32,000 bases of DNA from Candidatus Hermodarchaeota archaeon (GTDB taxonomy: Archaea; Asgardarchaeota; Heimdallarchaeia; Hodarchaeales; Hodarchaeaceae), in contig JBHLKY010000020.1 of assembly GCA_048886185.1 (NCBI GenBank), forward strand, positions 46,073 to 78,072, in the 5' to 3' direction. Shown piece by piece: positions 1 through 7,871 of this stretch. A program made the position numbers and the translations under genes. The notes beneath the pieces are model-generated. The model saw nothing but the letters and a program-made list of their open reading frames with translations, had not been told where the DNA came from and did not search any database. Position 1 is the stretch's first letter. Every line of letters begins with the position of its first letter.

Positions 1-1
1 T

Positions 2-2479
2 AAAGGCGTTTGGTCAATTTCTGGAATTTCTGCTTACCAAAAAAATCTGAAATTTACAAATGAGGAAGAGATTGTAAAGTTAGAAGCTGGATTCCTCTGG
101 CATAAAATTATCAGAAAAAACCAAAAATACGGAATTCAAGCTGAGATCTTGAGTTTTATTCCAGCTGAAAGCAGAACAATAGAGTTAATGGAAATAAAAA
201 TTACAAATATTGGTGAAGAAGAACTAAGAATCACTCCTACTTCTGGAATTCCATTATTTTGCAGATCAGCTGATAATTTACGAGATCATAGGCATGTAAC
301 TAGTTTGTTACATAGAATTTCAACTAAAAAATATGGAATTACTGTTAAACCAACACTTTCTTTTGATGAGCGTGGTCATAAGAAGAACAAAGTCTCTTAT
401 GGAATTTTTGGGATTGATAATGAAGATCGACCCCCATTAGGATTCTTTCCCCTTCTTGAGGATTTTATTGGCGAAGGGGGATCATTAGACTGGCCAAAAA
501 CAATTGTATGTAACTCACAGAATTATTTAACTTCTGACCAAGATCTTGAAGGATATGAAGCCTGTGGAGCCCTAAGATTCAATACTATTTCCCTTTCAAA
601 AGGAAACACTGCATCATACAGACTTGTGCTTAGTATTACAAAGGAGGAGGACTTTACTAGAGATTTGAGCTTCCTCCAGAAAAAGGAATTTATGCAAGCC
701 TTGAGCGATACAAAAAACTATTGGAAAAAAAAACTTATCCTTAGTATTAAGACAAATGATAAACGATTTGATAGATGGATGAAATGGGTGACATTACAGC
801 CTATCCTTAGAAGAATCTTTGGGTGTTCATTCCTCCCCCATCATGATTATGGACGAGGAGGCCGAGGTTGGAGAGACCTCTGGCAAGATTGTCTTGCATT
901 ATTATTAATGGAACCTAAAAATGTCCGTAATCTTCTCTTAAACAATTTTGCTGGGATTCGATTTGATGGTAGTAATGCCACAATAATTGGTATAGAACCT
1001 GGTGTATTTAAAGCAGATAGGAACGACATCCCCAGAACTTGGAGTGATCATGGTACTTGGCCGTTTCTGACAACAAAATTATACATTGATCAAAGTGGAG
1101 ATTTAGAATTCCTTTTAGAGTCTCAATTCTATTTCAAAGACAAACACATAAATCGTTGTAAAGCCCATGATCCGAAGTGGAATCCTGATCAAGGAACCAG
1201 ACTCTCCTCCGAAAACGGACTTAAATACAAAGGAACAATACTTGAACATTTACTAATACAACTTCTCTCATCTTTCTTTAATGTTGGCGATCACAATTCC
1301 ATTCTAATCGAGGGTGCAGATTGGAATGATGGACTCGACATGGCAAGAGAAAATGGGGAAACTGTTGCTTTCACTGCTCTTTTTGGAAGTAATTTTTTAG
1401 AATTCGCAAAACTCCTAAACGCTCTTATCATTAAAAATGACATAAAATTCGTTGAGCTTGCTGCAGAGCTTGAAATCCTTTTAGATACATTAAATAAACC
1501 AATAGATTACTCTTCTCCACAGGAGAAACGAAAACTCCTTGTAAATTTCTATAAAAACTGTTCTCACACAATATCGGGTAAAAAGGTTAAATTAAGCGTT
1601 TATGATTTAATCTTAGATTTAGAAAAGAAAGGAAATTGGATAGCTAATCATATCCGAGTAACGGAATGGATCACAAACAAAGAGGGCTATCACTGGTTTA
1701 ATGGATACTATGATAATGATGGAAATCGAGTAGAGGGAGATCATTCCAAGGGAGTAAGAATGACTCTTACGGGTCAAGTTTTTCCTCTGATGGGTGGAAT
1801 TGCTACTGATAACCAAGTTAAAGATGTAATCTCCTCTGTACAGAAATATCTTTGGGATGAGGACGTAGGAGGGGTAAGATTAAACTCAAATTTCCATGAA
1901 GTTTTATTTAATATGGGTAGGTGTTTTGGTTTTGCTTATGGCCATAAAGAAAATGGGGCAATGTTCTCACATATGGCTATAATGTATGCGAATGCACTAT
2001 ATACGAGAAGAAAGGCACATGAAGGATTTAAAGTGCTAGATACTATCTATCGACATTGTCAAGATTTCAACAAATCAAAAATTTACCCAGGAATCCCTGA
2101 ATATATCAATCAGAAAGGAAGAGGGATGTATCACTATCTCACTGGTTCAGCAAGTTGGTTAATTCTCACTTTAGTAACAAGGGTGTTCGGAATACGCGGA
2201 GAATTAGGAGATCTCTTGCTAGACCCTATGCTGCTATCTTCACAATTTAGAGAAGATAGAACTACTTCTATTAACACACAATTTGCTGCAAAAAAACTAA
2301 AAATAACCATCAATAATGTCAACCGAAAAGAAGTTGGGGATTACCAAATCAAGGATGTAGTTCTTAATCAAAAGAAAGTAGATTTTTTAAGAACAGAGAA
2401 TTATGTTCTCATTCCAAGGAGCCATATAGATAAGCTAGATGATGATTCTATTCACAACATTATTGTAGAACTGGATTAA
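2..2479 (+). CDS. lbpA: GH94 glycoside phosphorylase, laminaribiose phosphorylase-like (5'-truncated by window edge)
   Basis: Frame is open from base 2 (KGVWSISGISAYQKNLKF...) into the track ORF, so TTG149 is not the true start. Motifs: LRRIFGCSFLPHHDYGRGGRGWRDLWQD, EGADWNDGLD (catalytic Asp), ENGAMFSHM, GIPEY, YLTGSASW. The Arg..Arg-Asp..Asp spacing (21 and 151 aa) matches what I recall for the Paenibacillus laminaribiose phosphorylase subfamily. Confidence 0.85.
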   Translation, partial: KGVWSISGISAYQKNLKFTNEEEIVKLEAGFLWHKIIRKNQKYGIQAEILSFIPAESRTIELMEIKITNIGEEELRITPTSGIPLFCRSADNLRDHRHVTSLLHRISTKKYGITVKPTLSFDERGHKKNKVSYGIFGIDNEDRPPLGFFPLLEDFIGEGGSLDWPKTIVCNSQNYLTSDQDLEGYEACGALRFNTISLSKGNTASYRLVLSITKEEDFTRDLSFLQKKEFMQALSDTKNYWKKKLILSIKTNDKRFDRWMKWVTLQPILRRIFGCSFLPHHDYGRGGRGWRDLWQDCLALLLMEPKNVRNLLLNNFAGIRFDGSNATIIGIEPGVFKADRNDIPRTWSDHGTWPFLTTKLYIDQSGDLEFLLESQFYFKDKHINRCKAHDPKWNPDQGTRLSSENGLKYKGTILEHLLIQLLSSFFNVGDHNSILIEGADWNDGLDMARENGETVAFTALFGSNFLEFAKLLNALIIKNDIKFVELAAELEILLDTLNKPIDYSSPQEKRKLLVNFYKNCSHTISGKKVKLSVYDLILDLEKKGNWIANHIRVTEWITNKEGYHWFNGYYDNDGNRVEGDHSKGVRMTLTGQVFPLMGGIATDNQVKDVISSVQKYLWDEDVGGVRLNSNFHEVLFNMGRCFGFAYGHKENGAMFSHMAIMYANALYTRRKAHEGFKVLDTIYRHCQDFNKSKIYPGIPEYINQKGRGMYHYLTGSASWLILTLVTRVFGIRGELGDLLLDPMLLSSQFREDRTTSINTQFAAKKLKITINNVNRKEVGDYQIKDVVLNQKKVDFLRTENYVLIPRSHIDKLDDDSIHNIIVELD

Positions 2480-2497
2480 GAGGTGATTTCGGATTAA

Positions 2498-2503
2498 TTT
2501 TTT
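2498..2503 (+). terminator. Short T-tract, possible archaeal-type terminator after the GH94 gene
   Basis: TTTTTT 19 nt after the TAA stop. Weak evidence in AT-rich DNA. Confidence 0.25.
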
Positions 2504-2519
2504 GGAAGTTTGATGTAAA

Positions 2520-3575
2520 ATGTCAATGAAAGCTGCCATATTTGAAAAACCCCTTAGAATAAATGTCTGTGAGAAGAAAATTCCAAATCTAGGAAAAAAT
2601 GATCTATTAGTAAAAATCAATTATTGTGGTATATGTGGAACTGATCTACACATCTATCAAGGTCAAGTCCCCTTTGTAAAATACCCATTGATCGGAGGTC
2701 ATGAGTTTTCAGGTAAGGTCAAAAGCATTGGTTCAAATGTAACTGAATTTTCAATTGGAGATAGAATTGCTGTAAATCCAAATCTTTCCTGTAAAGATAA
2801 AAGACTCCCACCAAAAGAATATTGTTACTATTGTAAAAAAAATCGGCCACATTTTTGTACAAATTGGCAAGCTCTTGGTGTAACTCAAGATGGCGGTTTT
2901 GCTGAATATATTATTTGTCCGAGTACCTCAGCAGTAAGAATACCTGAAGGGGTCACATTAAAAAATGCTTTATTCATGGAACCTATTGCTTGTTGCCTCC
3001 ATGGTCTATATCGTTTGAAAATTCAAACATCAGATATAATATTAATTATAGGCGCTGGCCCGATAGGTTTGTTAATGGTAGATATAATCAAATCTCTTTT
3101 TAAGTCAAGGATTATCATAAGCGAACCAAATATATCACGCAGAAATTTAGCATTACATCTTGGAGCGGATTTAGCTATTGATCCAAAAGAATCTCCTTTA
3201 GCTGATATAATAAACAACGAAACTGAAAATCAGGGAGTAGATATCGCCATTGAAGCTGTAGGTTCATCAAGAACATCAACAGAAGCAATTGAGTTATTAA
3301 ATAGAGGAGGAAGATCCCTAATATTTGGAGTATCCCCACCTGAAGAAGCTATTTCATTAAAATTATTTGAGTTATATAATAAAGAAATTTCTTTGTTTGG
3401 AAGCTATACAAATCCTCATGAAAACCATGATGCAATAAAACTCCTTGAGAATGATATTATCAATCCTAGTAAGATTGTCTCGCACGAAATGGCTATAGAA
3501 AATCTTGAAAATAGTCTATTATTAATGAAAAATACAAATATTGAGGTTCAAAAGATAATTATAAGCCACTCATGA
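2520..3575 (+). CDS. Zn-dependent medium-chain dehydrogenase (sorbitol/threonine dehydrogenase-like, probable sugar/polyol dehydrogenase)
   Basis: CGICGTDLH and GHEFSG catalytic-Zn motifs; structural-Zn cluster C-x10-C-x2-C-x7-C; IIGAGPIG Rossmann motif; GGFAEY; EPIACC. Confidence 0.9.
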   Translation: MSMKAAIFEKPLRINVCEKKIPNLGKNDLLVKINYCGICGTDLHIYQGQVPFVKYPLIGGHEFSGKVKSIGSNVTEFSIGDRIAVNPNLSCKDKRLPPKEYCYYCKKNRPHFCTNWQALGVTQDGGFAEYIICPSTSAVRIPEGVTLKNALFMEPIACCLHGLYRLKIQTSDIILIIGAGPIGLLMVDIIKSLFKSRIIISEPNISRRNLALHLGADLAIDPKESPLADIINNETENQGVDIAIEAVGSSRTSTEAIELLNRGGRSLIFGVSPPEEAISLKLFELYNKEISLFGSYTNPHENHDAIKLLENDIINPSKIVSHEMAIENLENSLLLMKNTNIEVQKIIISHS

Positions 3576-3700
3576 CTACAAATAAAATTTTCTCAATAAT
3601 TTTAATCTAATAGGGAACGATAGAGGGAATTCTTTCCTTCTTAAGAAGTGCCTCAAAAATTAGTTTTATAAACCTATTTGTAAAAACCATACATAAATTG

Positions 3701-3725
3701 GTAAAATGTAATAATTTTACATTTT
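3701..3725. promoter_or_regulatory. Nested inverted repeats upstream of the small ORF (possible operator)
   Basis: GTAAAAT-n6-ATTTTAC (3701-3720) overlaps AAAATGTAA-n5-TTACATTTT (3703-3725). It lies about 12 nt before a GTGAGG RBS. Confidence 0.35.
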
Positions 3726-3751
3726 TATTAAGAAAAAGTGAGGAATTTTTT

Positions 3752-3928
3752 ATGTTGAGCTCCTTTAATCCAAAAAAATACTTTCATAGATTTTACAAAA
3801 AAGAAGGAATCATGCAGAAGAAGAAAGAAATGAATCAAGAAATCCATAGTGACTTTTTGAGGTACCTACGACGTAAAAAAAGGCATCGACCTACTAATTT
3901 TCTTCCATTCTATTGGCGGAATGTATAA
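3752..3928 (+). CDS. Small basic hypothetical protein (58 aa)
   Basis: GTGAGG RBS at 3738-3743 before ATG3752, and a T6 tract after the stop (3945-3950). Sequence MLSSFNPKKYFHRFYKKEGIMQKKKEMNQEIHSDFLRYLRRKKRHRPTNFLPFYWRNV. No family recognised. Confidence 0.45.
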   Translation: MLSSFNPKKYFHRFYKKEGIMQKKKEMNQEIHSDFLRYLRRKKRHRPTNFLPFYWRNV

Positions 3929-3992
3929 CTATAATCTTTGGGGGTTTTTTCTCAAGTTCGTGTATAATATTTCGTTTTTCATCGAATATGTC

Positions 3993-4033
3993 AGCATGTA
4001 TGCTAATAAAACGCGTTTTAGCTCAATTATTGA
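3993..4033. promoter_or_regulatory. Three tandem palindromes upstream of the serine hydrolase
   Basis: AGCAT-gt-ATGCT (3993-4004), perfect TAAAACGCGTTTTA (4007-4020), TCAAT-t-ATTGA (4023-4033). Confidence 0.4.
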
Positions 4034-4070
4034 TTTTTTATAGCCATGGTCACAACGATTGGTGTTTAAA

Positions 4071-5168
4071 ATGATTAATATACCTAACCATATTACAAAA
4101 ATCGATGAATCGCTATTTAGGGAACTACAGGATATTTTAGATCAAGAATTAAAGACATCTAAAGGTATAGGTGCTTCAGTTGCAGTTCTCTTTCCAACAC
4201 AGGATATATGGATTGGAACTAGTGGTATGTCTGATCCTCTAAATTCGGAGACTATACAATCCGACACATTATTTTATATTGGGAGTATCAATAAGAACTT
4301 CATTGCGGCTCTGATATTAAAATTAGTCGAGGAAGGTAGACTCACTTTAGAAGATAAGATATATAACTGGCTTCCCTCGCATGAAAACATAAATAATGAA
4401 ATTATTATCCGTCAGCTTTTAAACCACACAAGTGGTATCTTTGATTACATTGAACACACAAATTCTTACGACAAAAAAAGACTTGTTTATTTTGATTTGT
4501 CAAAAATTTGGACACCTGAAGAGATTATCTCTAGATTTCTAAAAAAGCCTTATTTTCCTCCTGGCAAAGGATGGCATTACTCGTCAACTAATTATTTGCT
4601 TCTTATGATGATTATTGAATCTATAACACAATCGAAGATATTCTATGAAATTCGACACCGACTCTTAGATCCACTGGGCCTTAAAAGCATTTTTTTCGAT
4701 TACTATGAAAAAATCCCACCTGAGTTCCCAATCGCACATAATTGGTTTGATTTAAACCAGAATGGAACTTTAATTGATCTTATGACTAAACCTAGGGATG
4801 CTATTGCAACCTGGGCTTATGGTGAAATGTACTCAAATGCCACAGATCTCGTAAAATGGTTTGATTATCTTTTTCATGGTAAAGTCATAAATAATTACTC
4901 TTTAGAAAAAATGTTAACTTTTATCTACCCTACACCAGGCGAGAATTGGATGGAAGGATATGGTTTAGGAATTGGAGAAAGCAGCTTTGGTAAATTGAAG
5001 TATTGGTTACATGCAGGTTCGATCTTCGGTTATACTTCAGCTGTAGTACATATACCTTCTATTAACCTATCTTTGGCAATATTAGGAAATGATAATACAG
5101 TAAGTGTGGAATCCATTGGATATGCACTTGTTGCAACAATTTTATCCTACTTTCAGTCCCTTGGATAA
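4071..5168 (+). CDS. Serine hydrolase, beta-lactamase class C / D-Ala-D-Ala carboxypeptidase fold
   Basis: FYIGSINK (SxxK), QLLNHTSGI, YSSTNY (YxN position), HAGSIFGY (HxG). ATG4071 is preferred over TTG4059 because GGTG lies 6 nt upstream. No signal peptide. Confidence 0.88.
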   Translation: MINIPNHITKIDESLFRELQDILDQELKTSKGIGASVAVLFPTQDIWIGTSGMSDPLNSETIQSDTLFYIGSINKNFIAALILKLVEEGRLTLEDKIYNWLPSHENINNEIIIRQLLNHTSGIFDYIEHTNSYDKKRLVYFDLSKIWTPEEIISRFLKKPYFPPGKGWHYSSTNYLLLMMIIESITQSKIFYEIRHRLLDPLGLKSIFFDYYEKIPPEFPIAHNWFDLNQNGTLIDLMTKPRDAIATWAYGEMYSNATDLVKWFDYLFHGKVINNYSLEKMLTFIYPTPGENWMEGYGLGIGESSFGKLKYWLHAGSIFGYTSAVVHIPSINLSLAILGNDNTVSVESIGYALVATILSYFQSLG

Positions 5169-5320
5169 TATAACAAATAACATAATAATACTTATTTATG
5201 ATTTTATGCCATACACTCGTTGCAATGAAAATAAGGTTAATTACTCAAGAATTAATTGACCATAGAGATAATAGCTTGAAAAGGGGTGAGACTGTTTTCA
5301 ATAATGAGGAGTAGACTCCA

Positions 5321-7777
5321 GTGAAGAATGAGCTAATATTAGATAATTGGTTTTATAAAATATTTAAAATAAATGAAAAAGAGATTTTTATTAACAAAGT
5401 CAAAAATAATCTATCAATAAGCTCATTAAGGGAAGAATTAAAACCTTTTAGAAATCCTGGTTCACTGCAATCAAATTTTGTTGAAACAAAGAAATTTAAT
5501 CCTTATTTTGAAGATAATATAAAAAAAATCACCCATTTAGAAAAATTTTGCTTGTTGTTGATAACTGATTTTTCTCTAAAAGATCCTAATGATGATTATT
5601 TCCTTTGGTTTAGTTATATTGATACAATGGGACAGATCTTTTTGAATGGAGTTGAGATTAAAAATACTGTTAGTGCATTTACTCATTATAGGATTCATTT
5701 ACCAAACGACCTTCTTAAACCGATTAATACTCTTGTTATCATTATTTCTCCACCTATGAGTTTTGTAAACAAAGAGATCGATATGGAAGGGGTAGAATAC
5801 AAAGATCGAGTATATGTTCGACGTCCAGCATATAATTATGGATGGGATTTTGCTCCAAGATCATTGTTAGTGGGTATTGGAGAAAGTAAAATCTTTAAGG
5901 AGGGAAATATCTCTTTTTCTGATCTATTTATATTGACAAAATCCATTTCAGGTGATTTAGCGAAACTATCGGTTTCAGTTACCTTAAATAGTGATATAGA
6001 GGGAAGAATTGAACTCGAATTGAAAATCATTGACTTATATAGCTATAAACCTGTATTTTCAGAGAATTTTTCACTAATCCTTGATCTTGGGTTGAATGAA
6101 TTGAATAAATCTATTGACCTGAAGAACTATCAGCTTTGGTGGCCGAATGGATTGGGTAATCAACAAATTTATCAGTTAATCATTTCTGAAAAAGTCACTA
6201 ACTCCAGCATTGAAACAAGATTCGGAATCAGAACAGTTAAACTTATCTTAAAAGAGGAAGAAGAGAATAAATTCATTTTTGAGATTAATGGTAAAAGAAT
6301 ATTTGCTAAAGGTGCTAATTGGGTGCCTACTGACTCTTTGACAAATTATGGAACAGAGGAAAAATATAGAAAGCTTTTAACACTTGCTAAAGAAGCTAAT
6401 TTCAATATGATTAGGATCTGGGGTGGAGGTGTCGTTGAAAATGATATTTTTTACGATATCTGTGATGAACTTGGTTTATTGATATGGCATGATTTCCAAT
6501 TTGCTTGTAGTATTTATCCTGAGCACAAACAATTTCTTTCTATTGTAGAAGTTGAAATTACTTCCATTGTTACGCGTTTAAGAAACCATCCTTCAATAAT
6601 TCTTTGGTGTGGGAATAATGAAAACGAATGGATCGATTTTCAGCATTTTACAAGCAATTTTCGGGAAAATAACAGAATTGGTGAAAAACTTCATCAAATA
6701 AAGGAGCGAGTATGTTCACAGTTAGATCATTCTAGGCCTTATTGGCGTACAAGTCCATGGAGTCCTTCAGCTGAGATCTCTTATGATGTTGACCCTAATT
6801 CAATGGATGAGGGGAATTATCATGATTGGTGTGTCTGGCATGGTGTTGGACAGCCGAATTTTGAACCACCAGAATATGAAGAGTATAGAAATAACAAAGC
6901 GAAATTCATCACAGAATTTGGAATACAGAGTTTTCCATCTAAACATACCATAAACAGAATTTTCAGCAAAAAAACTCAATCTAAGCCAAATGAGATCTGG
7001 AACTTCCATAACTGTGATGTACACAAAATAAAGGTCAATATGAAGAAAATGGGAAATCCAAAAAACATTGATGAATGGATTCTTTTCACACAAGCAGCCC
7101 AAGCATTTGGCATGAAATATGCAATAGAAACGTGGAGAGCTAGGAAATTTGATACTGGGGGAGTATTGGTATGGCAGTTTAATGAACCATGGCCAACGAT
7201 CTGTTGGTCATTAATAGATTATTATTTTATCCCTAAAATAGCGTATTGGACATTAAAAAGATCTTTTAAGTTAGTTCTTATAGTAAAAGTCCCAGATGAG
7301 AATAATCTTATCATAATTAATGATTTATTTAAAACTATAAAAGGAACTCTAAGAATTAGAAAATTTAAGTTTAATAGCGAAATAATACATGAGGAAGATT
7401 ACAAATTATCGGTTAAATCTAATTCCAAGAAAGAAATTTCCTTAGGATCATTGAACATAAATTTTGATGAGTTTTTATGGGCAGAATTTAGAAATAATGA
7501 CATCATCACAGAGAATATTGTATTACCATGTGATCCAGTAGATATTGACTTTCCTGATCCAACTATCCAGATGAAGTTAGATAATCAGAGCTTAACTCTC
7601 ATATCAAAAGAATTTGCATTTTTAGTACATCTTCCTGATGAACTTGAGCCAACTGACAATTATTTTCATCTGATTCCCAATATTCCAAGAGAAATAAAGC
7701 TTAAACACCCTTTAGACAATCAAAAATTAAGAGTTTCAATATGGAATAAACCTCTCAAAGAGATTCGATTAATTTAA
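5321..7777 (+). CDS. GH2 beta-mannosidase (cytoplasmic)
   Basis: RRPAYNYGWDFAP, IFAKGANWVP, NMIRIWGGG, WHDFQFAC, WCGNNE (acid/base Glu), FITEFGIQS (nucleophile Glu), WQFNEPWP. GAGGAG RBS before the GTG start. Confidence 0.92.
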   Translation: MKNELILDNWFYKIFKINEKEIFINKVKNNLSISSLREELKPFRNPGSLQSNFVETKKFNPYFEDNIKKITHLEKFCLLLITDFSLKDPNDDYFLWFSYIDTMGQIFLNGVEIKNTVSAFTHYRIHLPNDLLKPINTLVIIISPPMSFVNKEIDMEGVEYKDRVYVRRPAYNYGWDFAPRSLLVGIGESKIFKEGNISFSDLFILTKSISGDLAKLSVSVTLNSDIEGRIELELKIIDLYSYKPVFSENFSLILDLGLNELNKSIDLKNYQLWWPNGLGNQQIYQLIISEKVTNSSIETRFGIRTVKLILKEEEENKFIFEINGKRIFAKGANWVPTDSLTNYGTEEKYRKLLTLAKEANFNMIRIWGGGVVENDIFYDICDELGLLIWHDFQFACSIYPEHKQFLSIVEVEITSIVTRLRNHPSIILWCGNNENEWIDFQHFTSNFRENNRIGEKLHQIKERVCSQLDHSRPYWRTSPWSPSAEISYDVDPNSMDEGNYHDWCVWHGVGQPNFEPPEYEEYRNNKAKFITEFGIQSFPSKHTINRIFSKKTQSKPNEIWNFHNCDVHKIKVNMKKMGNPKNIDEWILFTQAAQAFGMKYAIETWRARKFDTGGVLVWQFNEPWPTICWSLIDYYFIPKIAYWTLKRSFKLVLIVKVPDENNLIIINDLFKTIKGTLRIRKFKFNSEIIHEEDYKLSVKSNSKKEISLGSLNINFDEFLWAEFRNNDIITENIVLPCDPVDIDFPDPTIQMKLDNQSLTLISKEFAFLVHLPDELEPTDNYFHLIPNIPREIKLKHPLDNQKLRVSIWNKPLKEIRLI

Positions 7778-7871
7778 TTGTTATTATACTATTCTCTCTA
7801 CTAGATTCATCCCTTCTATCTTAAATTCAATTAGAAAAAAATCTAGGAACTTTTGTAAAAGCAGTAATTAA

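Noticed and set aside
149-151. TTG149 as start of the GH94 gene
   Set aside because: The frame is open and GH94-like from base 2, so the real start is upstream of the window.
2480-2513. Orphan GAGGTGA RBS followed by an ATT-start mini-frame (INFLEV*)
   Set aside because: Too short and no canonical start; indistinguishable from chance.
847-3217. Short minus-strand ORFs 847-1029, 1619-1816, 2134-2322, 2435-2620, 3023-3217
   Set aside because: Antisense shadows of well-supported genes, with no motifs.
5836-7102. Minus-strand ORFs 5836-6030 and 6800-7102
   Set aside because: Antisense to the conserved GH2 core, with no independent signals.
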